This document shows, in pieces, positions 9,683 to 19,479 of a stretch of DNA of 64,000 bases; position 1 is the first letter of the stretch; each line of letters starts with the position of its first letter. Under the pieces are notes generated by a model, which saw only the letters and a list, made by a program, of their open reading frames with translations, did not search any database and had not been told where the DNA came from. Both the position numbers and the translations under genes were made by a program. Location of the stretch: positions 2,083,417 to 2,147,416 of the forward strand of contig OY282354.1 of the NCBI GenBank assembly GCA_958295485.1, written 5' to 3'. This DNA is from an uncultured Gammaproteobacteria bacterium (GTDB taxonomy: Bacteria > Pseudomonadota > Gammaproteobacteria > Eutrophobiales > Eutrophobiaceae).

Positions 9683-10342
9683 ATGCTTTCCATTGATCAT
9701 AAAAACCTCATATGTTTGATCACAATCGACAGGCCACCGGTCAATGCCCTGGATTTATCATTGCTGGAGAAATTGGTTGAGGCGATATCCCAGGCAGGGA
9801 CACAGCGCGCCCAGGCGCTTATCCTGTCCGGGGCGCCCGGTCGATTTTGCGCGGGGCTCGATACAAAAAAACTGGCGACAGCGACAACCGGGGAGCGAGC
9901 GAAGATCATGTCATCGCTAAGCAAACTGCTGGCTACCGTAGCCAACTGTCCGGTACCCATCGCGGCAGCCATTACCGGGCACTGTCTGGGCGGCGGCGCG
10001 GCGCTTGCCGCATTGTGCGACTACCGGGTAATGGCAAGCGGAGATTACAAAATTGGCGTGCCGGAAGTGACGCTCGGCATTCAAATACCCAAAAAAGTGG
10101 ATCGCCTGTTAGCCCGGCTTGTAGGCGCGCGGCTCGCGCAACGGCTTTGCATGGAAGGCATCCTTTTCGACCCGGAGCAGGCCCGCCGGACAAACCTGGT
10201 TGATGTCCTGGTTGAGCCGGATAGCGTCACCGGCGCGGCAATTGATTGGTGTGAGCGTATTTTGTCCCTGCCGCAAGAGGCGATGTTGGCGATACGTTCG
10301 CAAGCTCGCGAAGAAATTCGCTCACTCTGTGAAGTTGAATAA
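9683..10342 (+). CDS. Enoyl-CoA hydratase/isomerase (crotonase family)
   Basis: RPPVNAL, FCAGLD, AAAITGHCLGGG, IGVPEVTLGI. Confidence 0.88.
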   Translation: MLSIDHKNLICLITIDRPPVNALDLSLLEKLVEAISQAGTQRAQALILSGAPGRFCAGLDTKKLATATTGERAKIMSSLSKLLATVANCPVPIAAAITGHCLGGGAALAALCDYRVMASGDYKIGVPEVTLGIQIPKKVDRLLARLVGARLAQRLCMEGILFDPEQARRTNLVDVLVEPDSVTGAAIDWCERILSLPQEAMLAIRSQAREEIRSLCEVE

Positions 10343-10406
10343 CAAAAAAAGCCGGTCCTCAATGGTCAGGATGCGGGTTAACCCCTAAGGAAATCAAACA
10401 GCGATC

Positions 10407-12053
10407 ATGAAAATCAACCCGGCAGAATTTCAGGATAAACGCATCAGTGATTATCTTTATTGGCATGCTGAAAAGACGCCCGACAAGGAAGCTGTTGGTA
10501 TTGGCGAAAGCGTGCAATCCTATGCAGACCTGCTCAGGCGCGTGGAGGATTGCGCCAAAGGATTGATTGCACTGGGCATTAAAAAGGGCGACCGGGTGGC
10601 GACGCTCTCTCCGCCGCATCCCGATTATCTCATTATTTTTCTGGCGACAACGACAATCGGCGGGATTTGGACAGGTCTCAACCCCCGTTATACCCGCGCT
10701 GAATTAGAACACGTGATTTCGGACTCGGAACCTTCCATAATCTTCGCCAGGATGCAAATTGGCAAACGCCAATACCATGAGGAGCTACGCTACATTCACG
10801 ACAAGGTCCAAAGCGTCAAACGCGTTATTGCGCTTGGCAACGATTTTACGCGCTTTCCAACGTATTCTTATGACGATTTTCTTTCGACTCGCAACGCTAT
10901 CAGCGATGACATCCTTGCCGCCGCGCAAAGTGATGTCGCCAATAAGGATGCGGCGCTGCTTGTCTATACGTCCGGGACGACGGGCAGGCCAAAGGGGGCC
11001 GTTTTGCACCATTACGGCGCCATTCGTCATTCTCACGTACAGATGTCGCTTCGTTCATCCGGCGCTATCAGGCTGATCAACGCTTATCCCATCAATCACA
11101 TTGCCGGCGTCATCGCCAGTTCGGTGTATTGCCTCGTTGCCGGTGGCACGGGTTATTTTTTGGAAAAATTCGACCCTGAAGTAGTGTTGAAGACGATTGA
11201 AGAAAAACGCGTCACCGTCTGGGGCGGCGTGCCCATCATGTTGCAAGGCGTGCTGGATCACCCTCATTTTTCCAGTACGGATTTATCCTCAATCAATGAA
11301 ATCTCGTGCAGCGGAGGCGCTGTATCGAAACCCTTGTTAGCGCGCCTGAGCAAGGAAATTTGTCCCGCCATTACGACCATGTATGCCCTGACGGAAGCCG
11401 CCGGCGCGGCGACGGCGGTCCCCCCTACTGATAATATCGATCTATTGGCGGAGAGCGTCGGCAAACCACTCGATGACTGTGAGTTGCGCCTCGTCGATGA
11501 GTCCGGCAAGGAAGCGCGAAAAGGCGAGCAGGGTGAAATTCATATTCGCGGCCCGTTTATAATGAAAGGGTATTGGCGTATGCCGGAGGCCACCAGGCAA
11601 GCGATCGATAAAGAGGGTTGGCTGCGCACAAAAGACGTGGCCGTTGAACGTGACGACGGCAATATCGTATTGGTCGGACGATTATCCGACATGTACAAGT
11701 CAGGTGGCTATAACGTCTATCCAAAGGAAATCGAACAGGCGCTCGAAGCGCATCCATCGATTAATCTTGCTTGTGTCGTCGGCGTGCCTGATCCCGTTTA
11801 TCATGAGGTTGGCTATGCCTTTGTGACCCTGGCGCCGGGACAATCCATTGACAAACAATCCCTGCTTGATCATTGCCGGCGGTATCTTGCCAATTACAAA
11901 ATTCCGAAGCACGTCGTTATAGACGCGTCATTACCGCTTCTGCCGAACAACAAATCTGATAAACGCAGGTTAAAAAAAATGGCGCGGGAAGCTGTGAAGC
12001 GCCTGACGGAGCAACCCGTATCATCCAATGCAACACAAGGTAAATCCACATGA
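10407..12053 (+). CDS. AMP-forming acyl-CoA synthetase
   Basis: YTSGTTGRPKG, YALTE, GWLRTKD, KSGGYNVYPKEIE, NYKIPK. Confidence 0.9.
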   Translation: MKINPAEFQDKRISDYLYWHAEKTPDKEAVGIGESVQSYADLLRRVEDCAKGLIALGIKKGDRVATLSPPHPDYLIIFLATTTIGGIWTGLNPRYTRAELEHVISDSEPSIIFARMQIGKRQYHEELRYIHDKVQSVKRVIALGNDFTRFPTYSYDDFLSTRNAISDDILAAAQSDVANKDAALLVYTSGTTGRPKGAVLHHYGAIRHSHVQMSLRSSGAIRLINAYPINHIAGVIASSVYCLVAGGTGYFLEKFDPEVVLKTIEEKRVTVWGGVPIMLQGVLDHPHFSSTDLSSINEISCSGGAVSKPLLARLSKEICPAITTMYALTEAAGAATAVPPTDNIDLLAESVGKPLDDCELRLVDESGKEARKGEQGEIHIRGPFIMKGYWRMPEATRQAIDKEGWLRTKDVAVERDDGNIVLVGRLSDMYKSGGYNVYPKEIEQALEAHPSINLACVVGVPDPVYHEVGYAFVTLAPGQSIDKQSLLDHCRRYLANYKIPKHVVIDASLPLLPNNKSDKRRLKKMAREAVKRLTEQPVSSNATQGKST

Positions 12054-13423
12054 AAAATATCGCGAAATCAAATATTCAACAGCCTGTAACCCACCACTGG
12101 CATCCGATGGCCGAGCCGAAGCTGGCCGAACAGTCATCACCCCTGGTATTCGAGCGCGCGGAAGGCGTTTATATCTATGACACTGAAGGGAAGCGGTACC
12201 TGGATTCACAGGGGGGATTATGGTGCGTGAATGTAGGGCACGGACGTAAAGAAGTGAAAGAAGCCATCAATGCGCAGCTGGATCGACTCCCCTACTACAC
12301 CACCTTTGGCGACACCAGCAATTTGCCCGTCATGGAACTGGCGGAACGGCTGGCGCGTATGCTCGCGCCTGAAGGCATGCAGCGCGTTTTCTTCAGTTCG
12401 GGCGGTTCGGATGCAAACGAAACTGCGCTGAAGCTGGCCCGGCAATACTGGAAACTATCCGGTGAAGCGCAACGGTCAAAATTCATCTCACTGAAACAGG
12501 GGTATCATGGAGTGCATTTTGGCGGGACGTCCATCGGCGGTCAAATGTACCTGCGCTCGATGTACGAACCGGTTCTCCCCGGTTGTTTTCAGGTTGACAC
12601 CCCCTGGTTGTATCGCAACCCCTATTCGGATGATCCCGGGGAATTGGGGAAAATCTGCGCTAATCTGCTTGAGCGGGAGATCGTGCACCAGGGTCCGCAC
12701 ACGGTTGCGGCGTTTATCGCCGAGCCCGTACAGGGCGCCGGCGGCGTGATCGTGCCCCCGGCCAATTACTGGCCCTTAGTCAGGGAAATCTGTGATAAAT
12801 ACGGCGTGTTGCTCATTGCCGATGAGGTGGTCACTGGTTTTGGTCGTAGCGGCAGCATGTTCGGTTGTCGCGGCTGGGGCGTCAAACCCGACATTATCTG
12901 CCTGGCAAAAGGCATCAATTCCGGTTATATCCCCTTAGGCGCGACGGTGGTTAATGAGCGCGTGCGACAAGCCTGGGATGCCGATCATCCGCTGGCGGCC
13001 ATCCTGCATGGCTACACCTACTCGGGTCATCCGGTTGCCTGCGCCGCCGCCAATGCCGCCTTGCAAATTGTGGAAGATGAAGATTTGCCGGCGAACGCCG
13101 CCCGAGTGGGTAGCTATTGCCTGGCCAAATCAGAGAAGGAGTTCGCCGATTATGAATTTGTCGGTGATGTCAGGGGGAAAGGCCTGATGATGGCTATCGA
13201 GTTGGTTACAGACAAAATATCAAAAGAACCTTTCAGGCCGGACGATCCCTTTCTTGAACTTATTCAGGATTTGACGCGCAGGGAAGGCTTGCTGATCAGG
13301 AACCTGGGCTCAAACCTGATCATCTCGCCACCACTTGTTTTTACCAAAGAAAATGTTGACGAAATGACAGGCATGATCGCCAATGCTTTTAACCAGGCAA
13401 AATCAAAATTCAACAAGCGTTGA
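12050..13423 (+). CDS. Class III PLP aminotransferase (omega-amine/putrescine:pyruvate type)
   Basis: GGLWCVNVGHG, FIAEPVQGAGG, LIADEVVTGFGR, LAKG, HGYTYSGHP; ATGA overlap with the ligase gene. Confidence 0.9.
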   Translation: MKNIAKSNIQQPVTHHWHPMAEPKLAEQSSPLVFERAEGVYIYDTEGKRYLDSQGGLWCVNVGHGRKEVKEAINAQLDRLPYYTTFGDTSNLPVMELAERLARMLAPEGMQRVFFSSGGSDANETALKLARQYWKLSGEAQRSKFISLKQGYHGVHFGGTSIGGQMYLRSMYEPVLPGCFQVDTPWLYRNPYSDDPGELGKICANLLEREIVHQGPHTVAAFIAEPVQGAGGVIVPPANYWPLVREICDKYGVLLIADEVVTGFGRSGSMFGCRGWGVKPDIICLAKGINSGYIPLGATVVNERVRQAWDADHPLAAILHGYTYSGHPVACAAANAALQIVEDEDLPANAARVGSYCLAKSEKEFADYEFVGDVRGKGLMMAIELVTDKISKEPFRPDDPFLELIQDLTRREGLLIRNLGSNLIISPPLVFTKENVDEMTGMIANAFNQAKSKFNKR

Positions 13424-13530
13424 GGTTTTGTATGCCAGGAACCAATATCCAAGATTTGCTTGCTAGTCATATAACCGGCCACGCGTTTCAACAGGCTTTT
13501 TATAGCGCGGGACTGATAAGCGGATGCGGC

Positions 13531-14679
13531 TTATCGTACGGTCTCCCGCAGGCTGGTTTGCCGATCCAGGGGCCGGCAAACCAGCATGAGAAGCGGCGCG
13601 GCGACGATACCACCCAACACCGCCAACCAGCCTACCGCTTGCAAGTCGAAAGTTTCGACTACCATGCCGCCTATAACTCCCCCGGCGCCGAAACTGAAGA
13701 TTTCCACCGCCACCACGGCAGCCGATAGTCGTCCGCTACTTTCCAACGCCGCGCCCGTTCCGATTAAAAATGGTATGAATAACGCTTGAAGCGCTTGAAA
13801 ACTCAGCAAACAGGTCACATAGACAATAGCGATACCCGGATTAGCCATAAAATAGCAACAGAGGGAAATCAGTATCGCACAGACAACAAAGGGCAGTGTT
13901 CGACCAAATCGCAAACCCAACCAACCTGTAAACATGGAGCCGATGATGGACGCAATCATGGTGCAGGCAAAATAAAAGCCGATCTCCTTCGGACTTAAAT
14001 TGACGGCCAGCCCCATTCGCTCGCCAAAACCCCAGGCTGCGCCCATGCCAATCATTAAAAACACCTCTGCCGTAAACAATAACAACACAGGCACACTGAG
14101 GACGGCAGCCGGCCTGACTGCCGCTCTCTTTTTTAACGGCGTGTCGGGCAGGCCGAACAGCAAGGGCGTGAACAACAATACCACCGCCGCCAGGCTCAGG
14201 AACACCCCCTTGTGGTAACCGTATTCCGTCATATGCGGCGCCGCCAGGTACAGCAGCCCGCCAACTAAATAGACCAGGCCGAAGGCATAGCCCGCGGTGC
14301 GTTCCGGCGTCTTGAAATTTGCCGCTATGGTAATGGTGGCTGCGGCATTGGCAAAACCCGCGCCAAAACCGACGAGAAAACGTAGCGCCATTAAAACGGT
14401 GTAGTCGGCAATCAGCGCAGAACCAATTTGCCCTGCCGTTATTAACGCGACACCCATCAAGGCGTATTTCAAGGCCGATGTCTTTAACGGGTTCACGGCA
14501 ACAAACATGATGCCAATACCCAGCGCCGAGAATTCCAAGGTGGCAAGCAATCCCGCGGCCGCTGCGCCCAGTGAGAGACCATCAATCAGGGCGCCGATTT
14601 GAATCGGCATCAGCATCAGGCCGACGACACTCACAAATTTACCGGCGCTCACCGCTAAAAATGACTTATTTATCGGCAT
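13531..14679 (-). CDS. MFS transporter
   Basis: About 12 hydrophobic segments; LRFLVGFGAG and GLRFGR MFS-like motifs. Confidence 0.82.
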   Translation of the reverse strand: MPINKSFLAVSAGKFVSVVGLMLMPIQIGALIDGLSLGAAAAGLLATLEFSALGIGIMFVAVNPLKTSALKYALMGVALITAGQIGSALIADYTVLMALRFLVGFGAGFANAAATITIAANFKTPERTAGYAFGLVYLVGGLLYLAAPHMTEYGYHKGVFLSLAAVVLLFTPLLFGLPDTPLKKRAAVRPAAVLSVPVLLLFTAEVFLMIGMGAAWGFGERMGLAVNLSPKEIGFYFACTMIASIIGSMFTGWLGLRFGRTLPFVVCAILISLCCYFMANPGIAIVYVTCLLSFQALQALFIPFLIGTGAALESSGRLSAAVVAVEIFSFGAGGVIGGMVVETFDLQAVGWLAVLGGIVAAPLLMLVCRPLDRQTSLRETVR

Positions 14680-14756
14680 TTGCTATTCAACTCGATGTTA
14701 TCGCAGCATATTACCGGGCGGCTGGCCTGACCCTTGACAGACCATGGGCCCAGGTG

Positions 14757-15539
14757 TCAAAAGAAGGAATGATTATTGGGTAATAACTGCCCTATTCTTT
14801 CAGCCACCTTGAATAATTCAGGCAAATATTTTTTTTCGATGTTGCTGTCGTTTATTCGCGCGACATTCCCGCCAAAACTGACCGCGGCAACAGGAATTTT
14901 TGTATCAGTATAGATCGGTACCGCAACAGTGTATAAACCTTGTTCCAACTCCCCATCGACGGATGCGTAACCTTGTTGTCTGACATGATCCAGTTCTTTT
15001 TTCAAAACGGCTTTAGTTGTGATTGTGCTCGGGGTAAAGCATTTCATCTTGACCTCGGCAAAATAAGCGTCCACGTACTCTTCTGTCTGGTTGGCCAAGG
15101 TTACTCTTCCGGCGGCGGAGACAAAAGCCGGCATATGCGTTCCCGGGTAAAATGACACACGGTCATAGCGATCGATCAGGCTGTGCGCTATGCTGATGAC
15201 GTCTAGTCCATCCATTACCGACATCACGCAAGTTTCTCCTGCTTTTTTACCGGCTTTATTGATTATCGGTTGAATCACCTGACTTACTTGCATGGCGCTC
15301 AAATAAGAGTATCCCAAATCGAGAATCCGGGGCGCCAAACGAAACCATTTGCCATCACTGACGACATAACCCAGGGCGGCCAGGGTTAAAAGAATCCGCC
15401 TGGCTGTCGCACGCGTCAGGTTTGTCCGGGTTGCCACGTCGGCGGGTGACATTTCTACATTCTCTGCATCGAATGCCTTGATGACGTCCATACAGCGGGC
15501 GATTGACCTGATGAAATCTTTTGAGTCTTCTGTGATCAT
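14757..15539 (-). CDS. IclR-family transcriptional regulator (PcaR/PobR-like)
   Basis: FIRSIAR...LTRATARRILLTLAALGYV HTH, LAPRILDLGYSYL, VRQQGYASVDGELEQGL; start ATG 15539 (TTG 15554 possible). Confidence 0.9.
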   Translation of the reverse strand: MITEDSKDFIRSIARCMDVIKAFDAENVEMSPADVATRTNLTRATARRILLTLAALGYVVSDGKWFRLAPRILDLGYSYLSAMQVSQVIQPIINKAGKKAGETCVMSVMDGLDVISIAHSLIDRYDRVSFYPGTHMPAFVSAAGRVTLANQTEEYVDAYFAEVKMKCFTPSTITTKAVLKKELDHVRQQGYASVDGELEQGLYTVAVPIYTDTKIPVAAVSFGGNVARINDSNIEKKYLPELFKVAERIGQLLPNNHSFF

Positions 15540-15564
15540 CGTACTTGCCGGCAAAATGTTTTTA

Positions 15565-15848
15565 CTATGTGGGTAATGTTAATATCACTCCTTCATTTAT
15601 CAAGGCCAGGAAGAAAAGAGAGAGCGCTTCCGGGTCTGAATTGATGAAATTTTCAAAGGTCGGTTTTTCACCGGAAAGGAATAATTGTAGCATCGGGCCA
15701 ATTTGATTGATATGACAGGGAATGTCGCGCGTCTGAAAAGCCTGACGAATGCCCCGGGCCAGCCTCTCGCCAATTTCAAAAAGAAGCATATACTGGTTAT
15801 CCGCTTCCAGGTCGCGATACGTATTTATGGCGCCGATTGATGCTGCCG
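15565..15848 (-). pseudogene. C-terminal fragment of a class III aminotransferase (GSA-aminomutase-like)
   Basis: AASIGAINTYRDLEADNQY..LFEIGERLARGIRQAF....HINQIGPMLQLF....F......D...LFFLALINEGV resembles the HemL-like C-terminus; the 5' part is missing and the fragment abuts the inverted repeat at 15839. Confidence 0.65.
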
Positions 15849-15938
15849 GGCGAAAAGGCTTTGCATACTGCTTATAAACAGGTAATATTTAACTCGATTT
15901 GGTACCAAAACCGTTAACGGGCGCTAATATTTGTCGCT
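15839..15938 (+). repeat. Left copy of a 100-bp inverted duplication (promoter plus operator), partner of 29144-29243
   Basis: Ungapped manual alignment to the reverse complement of 29144-29243 gives 82/100 identity; contains TTGCAT-N16-TAATAT and operator 1. Confidence 0.9.
15881..15906. promoter_or_regulatory. Operator 1 of 5 (GGTAM-N16-KTACC)
   Basis: GGTAATATTTAACTCGATTTGGTACC upstream of coxG, overlapping the putative -10. Confidence 0.8.
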
Positions 15939-16035
15939 GATACGCATTGCAGCCGCTCGGCATTCACTGGCGGCGTGAGCGACGCCCGCGGCGCAACGAA
16001 CACAACGCGAAACGACACAGGACCCCACGCACGCG

Positions 16036-16497
16036 ATGGATATACAAGGTGAATACCACATAGCGGCGTCACCCACCGAGGTCTGGCAACGGCTCATAGA
16101 CCCCGACGTGCTGTCGGCCTGCATCCCCGGATGCGAGTCGATGACGAGGGCGTCGGAGGATGCCTATGACTGCGCCGTCATGGCGAAGTACGGCCCCGTC
16201 AAGGCGAAATTCAAGACCACCCTGACCTTGTCGAACATCAACGCGCCCGTGTCCTACACCTTGAGCGGGCGCGGCCAGGGCGGCGCGGCAGGGTTCGGAG
16301 AAGGCGTCGCCGACGTCATGCTCGAGGAAACCAGCGACGGAACGGCGTTGCGCTATACCGCCAGGTTCAATGCGGGCGGGCGCATCGCGCAGGTCGGATC
16401 GCGTCTGATCGTGGCGACCACGCGCAAGTTCGCCGACAAGTTTTTCGCGGCCTTTTCATCGGGTTTCGATGTCGCGGCGGATGACGCGACTGCGTAA
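16036..16497 (+). CDS. coxG: CoxG/SRPBCC family accessory protein
   Basis: [45 protein letters not shown]. Confidence 0.9.
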   Translation: MDIQGEYHIAASPTEVWQRLIDPDVLSACIPGCESMTRASEDAYDCAVMAKYGPVKAKFKTTLTLSNINAPVSYTLSGRGQGGAAGFGEGVADVMLEETSDGTALRYTARFNAGGRIAQVGSRLIVATTRKFADKFFAAFSSGFDVAADDATA

Positions 16498-16553
16498 ATC
16501 ATTCGGACATAATTCGCGAGAATACAGGGCCTTTGGCCGGGGGAGGAACAACA

Positions 16554-17012
16554 ATGAAAGTCTCGTTTTCAGTCAATGGCGCGGAGCTCAGCGGGGACGT
16601 GGAACCGCGCACCCTGCTGGTTGATTTTCTCCGCAACGACCTCGGTCTGACCGGCACGCACGTGGGCTGTGACACCAGCCAATGCGGCGCCTGCGTCGTT
16701 CACTTGGACGGCCGCTCCATCAAGAGCTGCACCCTGCTCGCAGTACAAGCCGAGGGCATGCAGGTTACGACTATCGAGGGCCTGGCCGACGGCGACGCGC
16801 TGCATCCCATGCAGGCCGCATTTCGCGAAGAGCACGGCTTGCAATGCGGGTTTTGCACACCCGGCATGATCATGAGCGCGATCGACCTGTTGCAGAACAA
16901 CGCAGCTCCGACGGAAAAGGAGATCCGGGACTGGCTGGAAGGCAACCTGTGCCGATGCACGGGCTATCAGAACATCGTCAAGTCGATACAAACAAACGCG
17001 AAATCGCAGTAA
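16554..17012 (+). CDS. coxS: Molybdenum hydroxylase small [2Fe-2S] subunit (CoxS-like)
   Basis: [30 protein letters not shown] 16554 after GGAGG. Confidence 0.92.
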   Translation: MKVSFSVNGAELSGDVEPRTLLVDFLRNDLGLTGTHVGCDTSQCGACVVHLDGRSIKSCTLLAVQAEGMQVTTIEGLADGDALHPMQAAFREEHGLQCGFCTPGMIMSAIDLLQNNAAPTEKEIRDWLEGNLCRCTGYQNIVKSIQTNAKSQ

Positions 17013-17054
17013 GATCCGCCTTCGCACCCACAACCAGGCAAGAGGAAACAAATC

Positions 17055-17849
17055 ATGTACCAGTTCGATTATCAGGCGCCCGACTCGCTCGAAGCCGCGT
17101 TGGCGGCGTTGCGCGAGAATGACGAGGCGAAGATCGTTGCCGGCGGCATGACGCTGTTACCGACGATGAAGCTGCGTTTGGCGCGTCCCGAGGCGCTGAT
17201 CGACATCAACCGCATCGGATCGCTCGCCGGGGTCACGGAGAAAAACCGGGCGATCGTGATCGGCGCTATGACGCGTCATGCCGATGTTGCCGCCTCGAAG
17301 CTCGTACGGGACCGCATCCCCGGTCTCGCAGACCTGGCGGAGACGATCGGGGATCCCCAGGTGCGAAACCGCGGCACAATAGGTGGCTCTGTCGCCAACA
17401 ACGATCCGGCGGCGGACTATCCTGCCGGGCTTGTCGGTCTCGGCGCGACGGTCGTCACCGACCGCCGCGAGATCGCGGCCGACGATTTCTTCACCGACAT
17501 GTTCGAAACCGCGCTCGAGGCCGACGAGATCATCACCGCCGTGCACTTTCCGATTCCCAAACGCGCCGCCTACATGAAGTTTCCCAATCCCGCCTCGCGC
17601 TACGCTATTGTCGGCGTCATGGTGGCGGAGACCCACGACGGGATCCGCGTCGCGGTCACCGGGGCCGCGCCCTGCGTGTTTCGGGTGACGGCAATGGAGG
17701 ATGCGCTCAAGAAGGATTTCACGCCGGACGCCATCGCGCCGATCGCAGTGGACGGCGCCGAATTTAACGAGGACATTCACGCCAGCGCCGAATATCGCGC
17801 CCATCTCGTGAACGTGATGGCCAGGCGCGCAGTGGCTGCGGTGGGCTAG
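17055..17849 (+). CDS. coxM: Molybdenum hydroxylase FAD subunit (CoxM-like)
   Basis: [42 protein letters not shown]. Confidence 0.92.
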   Translation: MYQFDYQAPDSLEAALAALRENDEAKIVAGGMTLLPTMKLRLARPEALIDINRIGSLAGVTEKNRAIVIGAMTRHADVAASKLVRDRIPGLADLAETIGDPQVRNRGTIGGSVANNDPAADYPAGLVGLGATVVTDRREIAADDFFTDMFETALEADEIITAVHFPIPKRAAYMKFPNPASRYAIVGVMVAETHDGIRVAVTGAAPCVFRVTAMEDALKKDFTPDAIAPIAVDGAEFNEDIHASAEYRAHLVNVMARRAVAAVG

Positions 17850-17926
17850 AACAACGGTCTCGGCGGACTCGCGACCGTTTTCGATGACCTACGGCCGGAC
17901 ATCGTCGTGACGGCGGTCTGCCGGCC

Positions 17927-18436
17927 TCAGTCGGCGGGCACGTGCGCGATGAGCTGTATCTCTACCAGGCCCCTGTCCGGGAACAATTCACTGATGCCGA
18001 TCGCCGTCCAAGCCGTGTACGGCGCCGGCAGGTATTCATCCTTTACAGCCATGAACGCGCCGACGTGCGCGCCCTTGTCGCCGTCGAAATGGGGGCTGTC
18101 GAAGACGTGGAAGGTCGTGAGCTTTACGACCTGATCGAATCTCGCGCCGGCAGCGGTCAGCGTCGCCTTGATCGCCGAGAAGGCCTTATGGAGACTTTCC
18201 TGGAACTCTTCCGGCGTGGCGGGATTGTCCCCCGGCGGCTCGGCCACGACGCCGGAGAGGAACAGGAAGTCGCCCGCACGGTAGGCGGGAGAAAAATGGT
18301 ATTGATCATAGAGCTCCATATCCTGGCTCGTGGCTATGATCGCCTCACCACTCGCGCCGGCCTTGTTGAAATTGTCATCCGCCGCGAGGGTTGTCGCGAA
18401 CAGCATTGCAGCTGCCATCAGTACTAATCGGTTCAT
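17927..18436 (-). CDS. Rid (YjgF/YER057c/UK114) family protein with a signal peptide
   Basis: Start ATG 18436 after GGGAG; MNRLVLMAAAMLFATTLA signal; FSPAYRAGDFLFLSG, VVKLTTF, PYTAWTAIG, LVEIQLIA. Confidence 0.85.
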   Translation of the reverse strand: MNRLVLMAAAMLFATTLAADDNFNKAGASGEAIIATSQDMELYDQYHFSPAYRAGDFLFLSGVVAEPPGDNPATPEEFQESLHKAFSAIKATLTAAGARFDQVVKLTTFHVFDSPHFDGDKGAHVGAFMAVKDEYLPAPYTAWTAIGISELFPDRGLVEIQLIAHVPAD

Positions 18437-18476
18437 CACACGCTCCCATAATAGATGCTTTTCAGATGGTTCGAGA

Positions 18477-18863
18477 TCAGGCCTTGGCGGCGATAAGCTC
18501 GACCTCGACCAGCCATTCCTGCTTCGCCAGCGCCTTGACGATAATGCCCGTGGAAGCGGGCCGCGCATCACCCAGGAACTTGGCGCGGGCCTGCGCCATC
18601 GGCCAGAAGTCGTCCTCGCTCGTCACGTAGGTCGTTACTTTGACGATATCATCGATCCCCATGCCGGCGGATTCCAGAATGGCCATGAGATTGCTCCAGG
18701 TGGCTTGAGTCTGGGCCTCGATTCCTTCGGGCATCGTGCCGTCGGGCAACAGGCCTACCTGTCCTGCGGTGTGGAGGACTCGCGAGTTTGGTGGGATCTC
18801 AATGCCGTGGCTGTAGGCTGCGACCGGCGGCGCGATCGTGTCGGGCATATGTTTCTTGTTCAT
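18477..18863 (-). CDS. Rid family protein
   Basis: YSHG, TAGQVG, DIVKVTTY, RPASTGIIVKALA..EWLVEVELIA. Confidence 0.9.
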   Translation of the reverse strand: MNKKHMPDTIAPPVAAYSHGIEIPPNSRVLHTAGQVGLLPDGTMPEGIEAQTQATWSNLMAILESAGMGIDDIVKVTTYVTSEDDFWPMAQARAKFLGDARPASTGIIVKALAKQEWLVEVELIAAKA

Positions 18864-18954
18864 GGGACCTCCCTTGATTGTGACTGGTAAGATGATATTT
18901 TTGGGCTACTTCGCGGCGCGTTGTGGGCATCCGGCGCGGATTTTCGACCCGCGC

Positions 18955-19356
18955 TCAATCGAGCAGCGCGATGCACTCGATCTCAATCATCAGCTCCGGA
19001 AAGGCCAGGCTGGCGCAGCCGATCCAGGTCGCGGCGGGTGGCGCGGACGCCGCTTCCTCGTAGAACCCAATGCGAATGTCGTTGTTGGCTACCAGCGCCC
19101 CCATGTCGGTAGTGAAGACGGTTTCCTTGATCACGTTCTGGAAGCTCGCGCCGTTGGCTTCCAGTGTTTCCTTGAGATCAGTGTAGACCTGCTTGATCTG
19201 TGCCTTCATGTCGCCCGCGCCGATGATATTTCCCTCGGCGTCCCAGCTAACGGCGCCCGAGACGTACAACATGTTCCCGGCCTTGCAGGCCTGCGCATAG
19301 TAGATGCTTTTCTCGATGTTGGGGCGCTTGTGATAGATCTGGTTGGCTTTGGGCAT
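18955..19356 (-). CDS. Rid family protein
   Basis: YAQACKAGNMLYVSG, NVIKETVF, PPAATWIG...LAFPELMIEIECIA. Confidence 0.9.
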   Translation of the reverse strand: MPKANQIYHKRPNIEKSIYYAQACKAGNMLYVSGAVSWDAEGNIIGAGDMKAQIKQVYTDLKETLEANGASFQNVIKETVFTTDMGALVANNDIRIGFYEEAASAPPAATWIGCASLAFPELMIEIECIALLD

Positions 19357-19409
19357 GGTGATTCCTCCGAATTATCGTTCTCTCATTAACTTTGACGGAC
19401 TGAAGCGCC

Positions 19410-19432
19410 GGGCGGGGTCGGTGACCCCGCCC
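19410..19432. other. GC-rich stem-loop between the TBDR and the Rid genes
   Basis: GGGCGGGGTC-GGT-GACCCCGCCC, 10-bp perfect stem with no U tract. Confidence 0.5.
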
Positions 19433-19479
19433 GCCCGCATCGAGAATTTACACGCGTTAGCGGCTCGCACCGGGCTTCG

